64,000 nt of DNA. Origin: an uncultured Gemmatimonadaceae bacterium. Its GTDB lineage: Bacteria; Gemmatimonadota; Gemmatimonadetes; Gemmatimonadales; Gemmatimonadaceae. A model generated the notes under the pieces. The model worked only from the letters and a program-made list of their open reading frames with translations, was not told the DNA's origin and made no database searches. The position numbers and the translations under genes were made by a program. This document shows, in pieces, positions 1 through 11,000 of this stretch. Location of the stretch: contig CAWHHI010000003.1 of assembly GCA_963829055.1 (NCBI GenBank), forward strand, positions 224,001 through 288,000, given 5' to 3'. How positions within the stretch are numbered: the stretch's first letter is position 1; each line of letters opens with the position of its first letter.

Positions 1-68
1 AGGAGTGAGCCGGTCCAAACGTGCCCCGCGAGCGCTCGGTGGGCAACGGCCGTGGCGCCGAGCGGCGT

Positions 69-204
69 TGTCATTCCGAGCGGAGCGCGGAGGCGCGCAG
101 TCGAGGAATCGCGATCGTCGCCGGTAGAGGGCCCCTCTACCGCGACGATCGCGATTCCTCGACTCCGCTGCGCTCGCTCGGAATGACACCCCGCTCGGAA
201 TGAC
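69..204. repeat. REP-like palindromic element (TGTCATTCCGAGCG...CGCTCGGAATGACA) with an extra right end
   Basis: Long imperfect palindrome at 69-188 with inner arms GTCGAGGAATCGCGATCGTCGC/GCGACGATCGCGATTCCTCGAC. A second CGCTCGGAATGAC lies at 192-204. Related copies at 22397 and 51294. Confidence 0.85.
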
Positions 205-210
205 GGCTGC

Positions 211-1188
211 TTGTGCCTCGCACGACCCGCCGTCATTCTTGCGCCCAGTCCCCAGTCCCCAGTCCCCAGTCCCCGAAACCCGATTCCCCTTCACCTCGGC
301 ATAGACCTCGGCGGCACCGCCGTGAAGCTCGGCGTCTCCGACGACGCCGGAGCTCCACTCGCGCGCGCGACCATCGCCACCGACGCCGCACGAGGGTCGG
401 ATGATACGATCGGACGCATCGCGCGCGCGGCCCGTGAGCTGATAGCGCACACTGGCCTCGTCGGATCGGGTGGCATTGGTGCTCCCGGCGAGCTCGATGC
501 CACGCGCCGACGCCTCGTACGCGCGAACCACTTCCCCGGATGGGCGAACGTTCCCATCGCGGACGTATTGGCCGAGCAACTCGGCATCCCCGTCGCGCTC
601 GAGAACGACGCGAACTGCGCGGCGTGGGGCGAGCTTCGCGGCGGCATCGGGCGAGGCGCACGCAGCCTCGCGTGCTTCACGCTCGGCACCGGCGTCGGCG
701 GCGGCCTCGTCCTGGGCGGCGAGCTGTGGACCGGCGCGAACGGCGCTGCAGCCGCGTTCGGACACATCGCTGTGGATCCCAACGGGCCGTTGTGTCGCTG
801 CGGCCAACACGGCTGCGTCGAGCAGTACGCTTCGGCCACCGCGGTCGCGACGCGTTATGGCCGTGGCTCCGCGCGCGACGCGTTCGACGCCGCCGCGCGC
901 GGTGAGCCGGAAGCCATCGCCGTCGTGGACTGGTCGTGCGACGGACTCGCCGCCGGCGTCGCGAACGTCATTCACATCGTTCAGCCCGACGTGGTCGTAT
1001 TGGGCGGAGGAATGGCCGCCGCGGGCAGCGTCATGCTCGACCGCGTTCGTGCCGGCGTGGCGCGCCGCGTGCGCGCCTCCTGGCTCGCCGGCGTCCGCAT
1101 CGAGTGCTCGGCGCTCGGCGACGACGCCGGATGGATCGGCGCGGCACTCTGGGGCGCGCGTCAGGCAGGAATGGAGAAGCCATCGTGA
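211..1188 (+). CDS. ROK family sugar kinase
   Basis: Motifs GIDLGGT, ENDANCAAWGE, GTGVGGG and the Zn motif GH..CRCGQHGCVEQYAS. Start is uncertain because the 5' part includes a (CCCCAGT)n repeat at about 244-274. Confidence 0.9.
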   Translation: MCLARPAVILAPSPQSPVPSPRNPIPLHLGIDLGGTAVKLGVSDDAGAPLARATIATDAARGSDDTIGRIARAARELIAHTGLVGSGGIGAPGELDATRRRLVRANHFPGWANVPIADVLAEQLGIPVALENDANCAAWGELRGGIGRGARSLACFTLGTGVGGGLVLGGELWTGANGAAAAFGHIAVDPNGPLCRCGQHGCVEQYASATAVATRYGRGSARDAFDAAARGEPEAIAVVDWSCDGLAAGVANVIHIVQPDVVVLGGGMAAAGSVMLDRVRAGVARRVRASWLAGVRIECSALGDDAGWIGAALWGARQAGMEKPS

Positions 1189-1195
1189 AGCTATC

Positions 1196-2996
1196 GTGAC
1201 CGGACAGTTCCACTGGATCGACTGGGTCGTCCTCGTGCTCTACATCGCGGGGACGTCGTGGCTCGCCGATCGACTCACCGATCGCGGGCAGACCATCCGC
1301 GACTTCTTCCTCGGCGGCCGCAAGCTGCCGTGGTGGGCCGTGAGCGGATCGATCGTCGCGAGCGAGGTGAGTGGCGTGACGTTCGTCGCGCTGCCGGCGA
1401 TCGCGTTCGCGCGCGGCGGCAACTACACGTACATGATGCTCGCGATCGGCAGCATCCTCGCGCGCGTGCTCATCGCGTACTTCCTCATCCCCGCGTACTA
1501 CCGGCACGAGGTCTACAGTCCGTACGAGTTCATGGGACGACGACTCGGCCCGGGCGTCGTGCGCGGGATCGTCGGTGATCTTTCTCATCGGCGTCGTGCT
1601 CGGCCAGGGCGCGCGGCTCTTTCTCGCGGCCATCGTGCTCGACGCCATCACGAACATCGGCGCCGTGCCGGCGATCATCCTGCTGACGCTCATCGGCATC
1701 GGCTGGACGTGGATCGGCGGCATCACATCCGTCGTGTGGACCGACGTCGTGCAGTTCGTCATGATCGCGCTCGGCGCCATCGCATCGCTCGTCGCGGTCG
1801 TGACCGCCGTGCCGGGTGGCGTCGACGGCATCATCGCCGTGGGACGCGCAGCGGGAAAATTCCAGCTGTTCGACTTCTCGCTGTCGCCGACGGTGGAGTT
1901 CACGTTCTGGTGCGGGCTGTTCGGCTTCACGTTCCTGACGTTAGGCTCCCACGGCACGGACCAGACGATGGCCCAGCGCTTCTTCTGTTGTCGAGATGCG
2001 CGGGAGGCGCGCAAGGCGGTGCTGTGGTCGAGCGTGGCGATGATCCTGCCGCTCATCATGCTCACGGTCGGGGTCGGCCTGTTCGCTTACTTCCAGCAAT
2101 TTCCGATGACGCCCGCGCAGCTCGCCAAGGTGAGCGAGCGCTCGGACTACATCTTCCCGATCTTCATCCTGCAGGCGATGCCCGTCGTGGTGAAAGGATT
2201 GCTGTTCGCGTCGATCTTCGCCGCCGCTACGCAGACCGCAGCGATCTCCGCCATGGCGCAGACCGGACTCTCGCTGTACGAGCGCGCGCGTCAGGCAGTG
2301 ACGGACGATCGGCGGCTGCTCCGTGTCTCGCGCGGAATGGTGGTGCTGTCCGGCATCATCATCGGGCTCATGGCGGTCGTCTGCTCGCGCATCGAGCAGT
2401 ACAAGGATCTCCTGCGCCTCGCGATGGCGATGGCGAGTTACACGTACGGCGCGATGCTCGGCATCCTCTTCCTCGCGCTGCTTCCCGTCAGGCGCGATGG
2501 CCGAGGGCTGGTGTGGGGCGTGCCGTTCACGATTCTGCTCGTGTTCGCGCTCAACTGGCAGCATCAGGCGTGGGCGCGCTGGCTCATCGTCGTGGCGGTC
2601 GGCGCTATCGTGCTCATGTCCGTGCCCGTACTCCGGCGTGAATGGCCGAAGATCGGCTGGGTACTGCTCGGCGCCGCCGTCGTACTGGCAGCGACGTTCG
2701 TGCGTATCGACGTCGGCGGCGTCGCCACTCCCATCAAGCTCGCTTTCCCGTGGACGTTCCCGCTCGGCGCCGCGCTCACGCTCGGCCTCGGACTCGCGCT
2801 CGGTCGCGTACCTAACGAGCCGGTCCGTTCAGGAGATCGGACGCCAGGGTGCAACACGACGGCCTTCGCGAGGTACGCGCATGGCCGCTGGCCGGCCGAC
2901 GCGCGACTTCGGCCGCTTCCTCACGGAGCAGCGCAACCCGCGCACGATGCAGCTCGACGCCGTGCCGCTGCGCGACGCGCTGCGCATCATCAATGA
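1196..2996 (+). CDS. Sodium:solute symporter (SSS) family transporter, frameshift near 1560-1575
   Basis: DFFLGGRKLPWWAVSGSIVASEVSGVTF in the 470..2641 frame, continuing in the 1575..2996 frame (GGITSVVWTDVVQF, GTDQTMAQR). The true end is probably near 2890, because murQ starts at 2881. Confidence 0.85.
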
Positions 2997-3805
2997 CGAG
3001 GACGCTCAGGTCGCGGGCGTCGTGCGCGGCGAGATCGACCGGATCGCCGACGCCGATCGACCTCATTGTCGAACGGCGGAAGCGCGACGGACGCATCTAC
3101 TTCGTCGGCGCGGGAACGAGCGGACGACTCGGTGTTATCGAGGCCGCGGAACAGACGCCGACGCTCGACGTCCCCGACCCCATCTACCAGGCGATCATCG
3201 CCGGCGGCCCCGAGTGCGTGTTTCGCAGCAGCGAAGGCGCCGAAGACGTTGCGGACGATGGGGCCGAGCAGGTGCGCATCGCGGGAGTGCGTGAGCAGGA
3301 CGTGGTGATCGGCATCGCGGCGAGCGGGACGACGCCGTTCGTGCACGGCGCGCTGGCGGAAGCGCGTCGGCGCGGCGCGGGTCGCGTGCTGCTCGTGTGC
3401 AACCTCACCGGCGTTCTGCCTGACGCGGCGGACGTGATCATCGCGCCACTCGTCGGGCCCGAGGTCATCACGGGCGCGACCCGGCTTCGCGCGGCGACCG
3501 CGTGCAAGATGGTGCTCAACATGATGACCATCGGCACCATGCTCCAGACGGGAAAGATCTACGAGAACCTGAGCGTCGACGTTCCCAAGCGTTCCGACAA
3601 GCTCATCGCGCGAGCCACGCGCATTGTCCGCACGCTGACGGACGCCTCCGACGCCGACGCGCGCGCCGCGCTCGAGGCCGCGGACTTCCGGGCAAAGGTC
3701 GCAGTCGTGATGATCCGGCGCGGCGTCGAACGCGCGGAGGCGGAGCGCATACTCGCGCGCGCCGGTGGTTTCCTGCGGCGTGCACTCGAGGGAGACATCT
3801 CATGA
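2881..3805 (+). CDS. murQ: N-acetylmuramic acid 6-phosphate etherase-like protein (divergent), frameshift near 3055
   Basis: TEQRNPRTMQLD..INDED in one frame, then GAGTSGRLG, EGAED, GIAASGTTPFV, GPEVITGATRL..KMVLNM in the 2849..3805 frame. Confidence 0.85.
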
Positions 3806-5382
3806 CGCGATCGACGTTAGGCACGGGCGGCATGGTAGCGTGTAGCCAGCGGCTGGCGAGCGACGCCGGCGTCGCCGTGCTGCGCGCTGGCGGTACCGCC
3901 GCTGACGCCAGTGTCGCCATGGACGCCGTTCTGCACGTCACTGAACCGACGTCCACGAGTCTTGGCGGGGACATGTTCGCGCTCTATTACGACGCGCGCA
4001 CCGCACGCATCACGGCGCTGAATGGTTCTGGCCGCGCGCCACGCGGCCGCACGCTCGACGCTGTCGCCCGCGACGACGACGGACAGGTACCGCAGCGCCA
4101 CGGCGACGCGGTGACCGTGCCGGGTGTGTGCGCGGCGTGGTTCGATCTCATCGCCCGTCACGGTTCGGGGTTGATGTCGGTCGCGCGCTTGCTCGAACCG
4201 GCCATTCACGCGGCGGAGTCTGGATTCGTCGTCGCGCCCGTGGCCGCGGCCGTGTGGGAGCGCAACCTGCCGCAACTGCACTCCGACGAGCTGACCGTAG
4301 ACGGCCGTGCCCCAAACGCAGGTGAGACGTTTCGCAACCCGGCGCTCGCGGGTGTGCTGCGAGCGATCGCCGCGGGTGGGAGAGACGCGTTCTATCGTGG
4401 GCAGATCGCCGAGCGGATAGCCGCAGCGGCGCGTGCCGTCGGTGGTGCCATGACCGCTGCCGATCTCGCATCGCACCAGTCGACGTGGGAAGAGCCCATC
4501 TCCACCGCGTACCGCGACGTCCGCGTGTGGGAATGCCCGCCTAACGGGCAGGGGCTGGCCGCGCTGCTCGCACTCGCCATGCTCGACGGTCTCTCGCTCG
4601 CGCCGCCGTCGACTGCCGAACGTGCGCACGTGCAGATCGAGGCGCTTCGGCTCGGCTTCGCGGACGCGCGCTGGTACGTCACCGACCCGGCGTTCGCCTC
4701 GGTGCCGGTCACGGAGCTGCTTTCACCAGAGTACATCGCATCGCGACGCGAGCGGATCGACCTGACCCGTGCCGCGACCGACGTTCCCCATGGATCGCCG
4801 GTCGGCATCCCTGGTACGGTGTACCACTGTGCCGTGGACGCCGCGGGCAACGCGTGCTCTGTTGTCAGCTCGACGTTCGCGAGCTTCGGGAGCGGGATCG
4901 TTCCAGCCGGCCTCGGCTTCACGCTGCAGAATCGCGGCTGTGGATTCGTGCTCGACCCCCGTCACCCTAACGCGTACGCGCCCGGCAAGCGCCCGTATCA
5001 CACGATCATTCCGGGGATGCTGACGCGCGACGACGGCACGTTGTGGGGGCCGTTCGGCGTCATGGGCGGACCGATGCAGCCGCAAGGACATCTTCAGGTG
5101 GTGAACGCGCTGGTCGACGACGGCGCGACGCCGCAGGACGCGCTCGACCGGCCGCGTTTCTTCATCGAGCCCGAGCGTGAAGGCGGTCGCGTCTACCTCG
5201 AAACGGGCACACCAACCGCGGTCGCCGACGGGCTGCGTGCACGCGGGCACGACATCGTCGTCGATCCGCCGACGATCGGGCGCTCGATGTTCGGGCGTGG
5301 CCAGATCATCCTCCGTGAGCACGACGGCTCGCTCGTCGGCGGGAGCGATCATCGCGCGGATGGCTGCGTGCTCCCCGCATGA
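3802..5382 (+). CDS. ggt: Gamma-glutamyltransferase family protein
   Basis: GMVACSQRLAS, EPTSTSLGGDMF, PPNGQG, nucleophile Thr region GTVYHCAVDAAGN, LQNRG, PGKRPYHTIIP, GVMGGPMQPQGH. ATGA overlap with murQ. Confidence 0.9.
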   Translation: MTRSTLGTGGMVACSQRLASDAGVAVLRAGGTAADASVAMDAVLHVTEPTSTSLGGDMFALYYDARTARITALNGSGRAPRGRTLDAVARDDDGQVPQRHGDAVTVPGVCAAWFDLIARHGSGLMSVARLLEPAIHAAESGFVVAPVAAAVWERNLPQLHSDELTVDGRAPNAGETFRNPALAGVLRAIAAGGRDAFYRGQIAERIAAAARAVGGAMTAADLASHQSTWEEPISTAYRDVRVWECPPNGQGLAALLALAMLDGLSLAPPSTAERAHVQIEALRLGFADARWYVTDPAFASVPVTELLSPEYIASRRERIDLTRAATDVPHGSPVGIPGTVYHCAVDAAGNACSVVSSTFASFGSGIVPAGLGFTLQNRGCGFVLDPRHPNAYAPGKRPYHTIIPGMLTRDDGTLWGPFGVMGGPMQPQGHLQVVNALVDDGATPQDALDRPRFFIEPEREGGRVYLETGTPTAVADGLRARGHDIVVDPPTIGRSMFGRGQIILREHDGSLVGGSDHRADGCVLPA

Positions 5383-6545
5383 CCGCCCACGACCGCTGGA
5401 CTCGGCGCGACTTCCTCTCGGCGACGGCAGTCGGCGTCGTCGGCCTCGTTCGGCGTGGGGGCGACATGGTTGGCGCGGATGAGCATCTCGCGTACGTCGG
5501 TACGTACACGACCGACGGCCGGAGCGACGGCATCTACCGCCTGCGGCTCGATACGGCGACGGGCGCGCTGCGTGTCGACGGACTGGCGGTGACGAGTGTG
5601 AATCCCTCCTATCTCGCGCTGCATCCGAATGGGCGAGTGTTGTATGCGGTGAACGAGATCTCGGAGTTCGCGAAGGAGCCGACCGGCGCCGTGAGCGCGT
5701 TTGCGATAGCGCGGACGTCCGGCGCGCTGACGCTGCTCAACCAGCAGGCATCGCATGGTAAGGCGCCGTGTTACGTGTCCGTGGATCGCACGGGGACGGT
5801 GGTGCTGGTCGCGAACTACGGCGGCGGGAGCATCACGACGATTCCCGTTAGGCAGGACGGCCGATTGGGGACTCCGCGGAACGTGGTGAAACACGCTGGC
5901 GCTGGTGCCGATCCCGTTCGGCAGACGGCGCCGCACGCGCACTGCATCCTGGCGGACCCCGGCAACACGTTCGTGCTCGCGGTCGATCTCGGCATCGATG
6001 CGATACTGACCTATCGTTTCGATCCACGAACGGCGGCCATCACGGTCGTCCCGTCCGGCGCAGCGACGAAGCCGGGCGCCGGTCCTCGGCACCTGACGTT
6101 TCATCCGAACGGGAAGTTCGCGTACGTCGTGAACGAGCTGGACTCCACGATCGCGACGTATGCGTATGGTGCCGAACAGGGCACGCTCGAGGAGTTGCAA
6201 CTGACGGCGGCATCACCGGGTGGGACGGGGGCAGACAATCGTCCCGCCGACGTGCACGTCGCGGCGTCCGGCCGGTTCCTGTACGCGTCGAATCGTGGCG
6301 ACGACACGATCGCGGTGTTCGCGATCGATCAGGCGAGTGGCCAGCTCTCGCCGGTGCAGCAGGTCCCGAGCGGCGGGAAATCTCCGCGCAACTTCTCGCT
6401 GGACCCGACGGGGCGATTCCTGGTAGCGGCGAATCAGAAATCCGACACGATCGTCAGCTTCCGTGTCGACGCCGAATCTGGTCGCCTAACGCCAACGGGA
6501 TCGTCGGTCGAGGTGGCGAGTCCGGTCTGCGTGCGGTTTCGATAG
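5379..6545 (+). CDS. pgl: 6-phosphogluconolactonase / lactonase family beta-propeller with Tat-like signal
   Basis: TRRDFL twin-arginine motif; YVGTYT, NPSYLAL, VANYGGG, PHAH, GPRHLTFHP, LYASNRG, PRNF. Confidence 0.85.
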   Translation: MTAHDRWTRRDFLSATAVGVVGLVRRGGDMVGADEHLAYVGTYTTDGRSDGIYRLRLDTATGALRVDGLAVTSVNPSYLALHPNGRVLYAVNEISEFAKEPTGAVSAFAIARTSGALTLLNQQASHGKAPCYVSVDRTGTVVLVANYGGGSITTIPVRQDGRLGTPRNVVKHAGAGADPVRQTAPHAHCILADPGNTFVLAVDLGIDAILTYRFDPRTAAITVVPSGAATKPGAGPRHLTFHPNGKFAYVVNELDSTIATYAYGAEQGTLEELQLTAASPGGTGADNRPADVHVAASGRFLYASNRGDDTIAVFAIDQASGQLSPVQQVPSGGKSPRNFSLDPTGRFLVAANQKSDTIVSFRVDAESGRLTPTGSSVEVASPVCVRFR

Positions 6546-6550
6546 CCGGC

Positions 6551-6669
6551 CGTCATCGCGAGCGGTAGCGTGGTCATCCCGAGCCGTGCGGCGTTGTCAT
6601 CCCGAGGAGCCGGGACCCGCCGTCAGACGGGTGCATGACGAGGGACCTTCGCTGCCGATCGGGCTGACA
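6551..6669. repeat. Degenerate REP-like element (several GTCATCCCGAG half-sites)
   Basis: Three GTCATC(G/C)CGAG starts and a degenerate TCGGGCTGACA end, located between convergent genes. Confidence 0.6.
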
Positions 6670-6685
6670 ACACGAGTCATCCGCG

Positions 6686-7204
6686 CTAACGGGTCGGCAG
6701 CTCCGTGCTGTGGGTCGATGCGATCAGCCACCGGTCTCCCTGCGCGCGAAGGAACACCACCATGACGATGGCTTTCATCGTTTCTGTGCGGCCTTCCGTC
6801 CGCAGCCGGACTGTCTCGAAGCACGGACCGGCCGCAAACTGGTCGTGCAACCGTACGGCGCAGTAGTCCACGGTGAACGATTCGACGGTGATCGGGTCAT
6901 TGGCGCGCATCGCGGCCACGCCGCGCAGGCGTTCGTCCCGCGTCAACGTGAGCGTCCCGTCGGGAGTGGTCAACATGTGCACATAGTCCGGCGACCACAC
7001 GCGAGCGAGCGTTGCTGTATCGCCGCGCGCGTTGGCGGCCATCATCGCGCGATATAGCGCCGTCAACTCCTGCTCCGTCGCGCCGCGCGGCTCCCGCGAC
7101 GCCGGCTGCTGCGCGCCGCCGGGTGTGACGAGCGCGGCAACGGCCGTCGAAACGGCGATCATCGCCACGAGCTTCGATGCGCGAACCCTGTATCCTCCGT
7201 GCAT
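6686..7204 (-). CDS. Secreted NTF2-like / DUF4440 family protein
   Basis: C-terminal part of ORF 6686..7744: signal-like IAVSTAVAALVTPGGAQQ, ARGDTATLARVWSPDYVH, VVFLRAQGDRWLIASTHS. Start is approximate. Confidence 0.7.
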   Translation of the reverse strand: MHGGYRVRASKLVAMIAVSTAVAALVTPGGAQQPASREPRGATEQELTALYRAMMAANARGDTATLARVWSPDYVHMLTTPDGTLTLTRDERLRGVAAMRANDPITVESFTVDYCAVRLHDQFAAGPCFETVRLRTEGRTETMKAIVMVVFLRAQGDRWLIASTHSTELPTR

Positions 7205-7387
7205 GGCCACTCTCCCTGAGGATGCTTCGCTGAGATCGGCGGCCACGCGTTGTTGCGAGCCGAGTGGCTCGACCCTACCTTCTGGCCGCACGGCGCTGTG
7301 ACGCCGCACAAGCTGACGCGGAGAAACCCCGCAAAAGATGCCATGCCGACTCTGGCGTGATGGCTCGCGACTCTCGTCTTCCCCCGG

Positions 7388-7542
7388 ATGGCAGACAGGC
7401 AGACGCATGACATCACCGGGGCGCTGACTGCGCTGAGTCAGGGCACCCAAGCGATGGACCACCTCATGCCGCTGGTCTATCGGGAACTCAAACGCATCGG
7501 CAGCTGAATGCCGAGCGTAGCGGTCACACCCTCTCCACCACC
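7388..7542 (+). pseudogene. N-terminal remnant of an ECF sigma factor (TIGR02999-like)
   Basis: Reads MADRQTHDITGALTALSQGTQAMDHLMPLVYRELKRI, then in a shifted frame QLNAERSGHTLSTT. This matches the LMPLVYxELxxIA..ERxGHTLxTTALVHEAY pattern and is truncated at the TT. Confidence 0.75.
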
Positions 7543-7841
7543 GGCGGACGTGCACGTCGCGGCGTCCGGCCGGTTCCTGTACGCGTCGAATCGGGCGACG
7601 ACACGATCGCGGTGTTCGCGATCGATCAGACGAGTGGCCAGCTGTCGCCGGTGCAGCAGGTCCCGAGCGGCGGAAAATCTCCGCGCACTTTTCGCTGGAC
7701 CCGACGGCGCGGTTTCTGGTCGCGGCGAAGCAGAAGTCCGACACGATCGTCAGCTTCCGTGTCGACGCCGAATCTGGCCGCCTAACGCCAACCGGTTCGT
7801 CGGTCGAGATCGCGACTCCAGTGTGCGTGCGCTTTCGGTAA
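7541..7841 (+). pseudogene. Diverged duplicate of the 3' ~300 bp of the pgl-like gene (about 6244-6545)
   Basis: Direct alignment from PADVHVAASGRFLYASNR to the stop codon, with mostly synonymous substitutions plus small deletions. Confidence 0.9.
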
Positions 7842-8005
7842 ACCGCGCGGGAATTTGGGGTCAGGCTCGATTCGAGACCACAGGCTCCGCCGGGTGGTCC
7901 AACGGCACGGAGATAAACGCAGACGGGTCTCCACGCATCTCAGACGAAGAAGATCCTGGACAATGAACAGCAGCAGTTCGCGCCCTTTCAAATGAGTGAT
8001 TTCCT

Positions 8006-11000
8006 ATGACCAACCGCCGCAGTTCGCGTGCTCAGTCACTCTCCGCTCAGCGCGGCTCTGTTTTCGCTTGCCTGTATCGCCGCCCTGACGACTCCGGCGG
8101 TCGCGCAACGTGGCGGAGGCGGCGGGCCGGATGCCGGTGGTGGGCTGCCGCTCGTGCCCACGCGCCCACTCAAGTTCACGACCGACGAGGGCACGTGGAT
8201 GTCGGTGGATGTCGCGCCCGACGGCCGCACGCTCGTGTTCGACCTCCTCGGTGATCTCTACACCTTGCCGATCACGGGCGGATCGGCCACCCGCATCACG
8301 AGCGGTCAGGCGTTCGACGCCATGCCGCGCTTCTCGCCGGACGGCAAACACATCGCGTTCGTGAGCGATCGCAGCGGCGCGTCGAACCTCTGGGTGGCCG
8401 ATGCGGACGGCACCCATCCACGCCAGCTCAGCCGGACCGAGGGGTTCGGCTACGACTACCTGTCGCCCACGTGGACGCCCGATGGCAAGGCCGTGGTCGT
8501 GTCGCACAACAACGGCCCCGCGGCGACTGGCCTGACGCTGCGAGGGTTCACCCCGTTCGAGCTGTACGTGTATCCGATCGCCGGTGGCGTCGGGCAGCGC
8601 CTAACGGGTGGCGACACCAGCGCGCCCGGTGCCGGTGGACGGGGCGCGGCCGGCGCCCCGGCGTACCTCGGCGCACGGTTCTCCGGGCCGCAGACGGTCT
8701 GGTACTCGACAGGCGGCCAGGGCGCGCAGCTGTTCACGCTCGACCTGGCGACCGGCAAGTCGATTCGCCGCACCGTGCCACGGGGCGTGGGCATGCGCCC
8801 GATCCCGAGCCCGGACGGCCAGTGGCTCGTCTACGCGACGCGGCGCAACGACGAGACGGCGCTTCGCCTGCGCGAGATGGCCACGGGCGATGAGCGCTGG
8901 CTCGTGCGCAACGCGCAGCACGACCAGATCGGAACCAAGACCACGCGCGACCTCATGCCCGGCATGGCGTTCACGCCGGACAGCAAGGCGCTGGTCACGT
9001 CGTACGGCGGGAAGCTGTGGCGTGTCGCGGTCCCGTCGGGCGAAGCGAAGCCGATCCCCTTCACCGCCGACGTCGATCAGATGATCGGCGCGACCACGCA
9101 GTTCGCGTTCCCCACGAACGACTCCACGGTCACCGTGCGGCAGATCCGTGTGCCGCGACTGTCGCCGGACGGAAAGCGAGTCGCGTTCGTTGCGCTCGAC
9201 CGCGTCTGGGTCGCCGACCTGCCGGCTGTCCGAGCTCCCGGACAGACCGTGTCGGTCACGAACGTCGCGCCGCCTAACGCGCTTCGACCTGAGCGAGTAC
9301 AGTCCGGCCTGGAGCTCCGGACGGCCAGTCGGTGGCGTTCGTGACCTGGGACGACAGCACGGGCGGCGAGATCTATCGCGTGCGTGTCGCCGCTACCGGC
9401 GCCGCGCCGGGCGCGCCGCAGAAGCTGTCGAAAGTCGAAGGCCTTCTACGAGAAGCTCGCGTTCACGCCCGACGGCACGAAGCTGATGTTCGCCCGCGCG
9501 TCGCGCGCCGAGCGATTCGAGAGCGACGAGCTGGGATTCGCGGAGCCGTCGTCGACCCACGCGGATCTCATGTGGATGCCGGCGGCTGGGGGAGCGGCGA
9601 CGGTCATCACTCGGCTCGAGTACCTCAGTCGCCTCGATCCGCCGTACTACGGCGTCCCGCACTTCGGGCCGGACTCGTCGCGCATCATGCTGTTCGACGC
9701 CAACGCGAACGGGCTGTACTCCATGCGGCTCGATGGATCGGACCGGCAGCTCATCGCGCGCGCCGGCCAGCGGCCGTGGAACAGCTCCGGCGAGGAGCCG
9801 GTCGACGACATGATCCTCTCGCCCAAGGGCGGGTACGCTCGCGATCCTCGGTGGGCAGAACATGTGGCTCGCGACCCTCACGCCTGGAGCGACCGCGCCG
9901 ACGATCTCGCTGATGCGGCCGGCAGCTTCGCCGGTGCCGCTCAGGCGCCTAACAAAGATCGGTGCGCAGTTCGCCGGCTGGAGTCCCGACGGTCGCATCC
10001 TCCACTATTCGCTCGGGTCGGCGCTGTTCCTGTACGACGTCGCCGCAGCGGACTCGCTGGAGCGGGCGCCGGCGAACCCCGAGCAGCCAGCCGGCCTACG
10101 AGCCGACCCGCGTGGACATCACGATCACCGTGCCGAAGGACCGACCGAGCGGCACGGTGGTGCTGCGCGGCGCGCGCGTGATCACGATGAAGGGCACGGA
10201 GGTGATCGAGAACGCCGACGTCGTCGTGCGCGATAACCGCATCGCCGCGGTCGGCGCGCGTGGACAGGTGAACGCGCCTGCGGATGCGCGCGTCATCGAC
10301 GTGAGCGGCAAGACGATCGTCCCCGGCTACGTGGACACGCACGCGCACATGTACGCGCCCGGGTGGGGGCTGCATCGCACGGAGCTGTGGCAGTACTACG
10401 TGAACCTCGCGTACGGCGTCACGCGCACGCGCGACCCGCAGACCGGCAGCTACGACGTCATCGACTACAGCGACCGCGTCGAGACCGGCGACGTCCTCGG
10501 CCCGCGCATCTACACGACGGCCAAGGGCTTCTTCGAGAACGAAGGCATCCAGTCACGCTCGATGACGCACGCAATGCGCTTCGCCGGAACTCGGATTTCT
10601 TCAAGACGGAGACGATCAAGGCGTACGCGGTCGGCGATCGACGACGACGCCAGCTCGTCGCGCAGGCGGCGCAGGAGCTCAAGCTCTCGCCGACGAACGA
10701 GGGCGACGCGGACTTCATGCTCGACCTCACCCACATGCTCGACGGCTACGCGGGCGAGGAGCACACGCTCCCGACGTATCCCCTGTACAAGGACGTCGTG
10801 CAGCTCGTCGTGCAGAGCGGCATCACGTACTCGCCGGTGCTGACCATCGCGTACGGTGGTCCGACACGTGCAGGAGTATTTCACGACCCGCTACGATATC
10901 CGCGGGGAGAAGAAGGTGCAGCGCTTCTGGCCGCAGAGCTTCACGGACACGCGCACGAGCAGCTCGCAGTGGCATCCCGGACGACCAGTACGCGTTCCCG

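Noticed and set aside
21..203. 60-aa ORF at the window start
   Set aside because: It is essentially the translation of the REP-like palindrome.
6244..7841. pgl duplicate as a diversity-generating retroelement TR/VR pair
   Set aside because: The differences are not adenine-specific (many C/G and C/T third-position changes), and no reverse transcriptase is present in the window.
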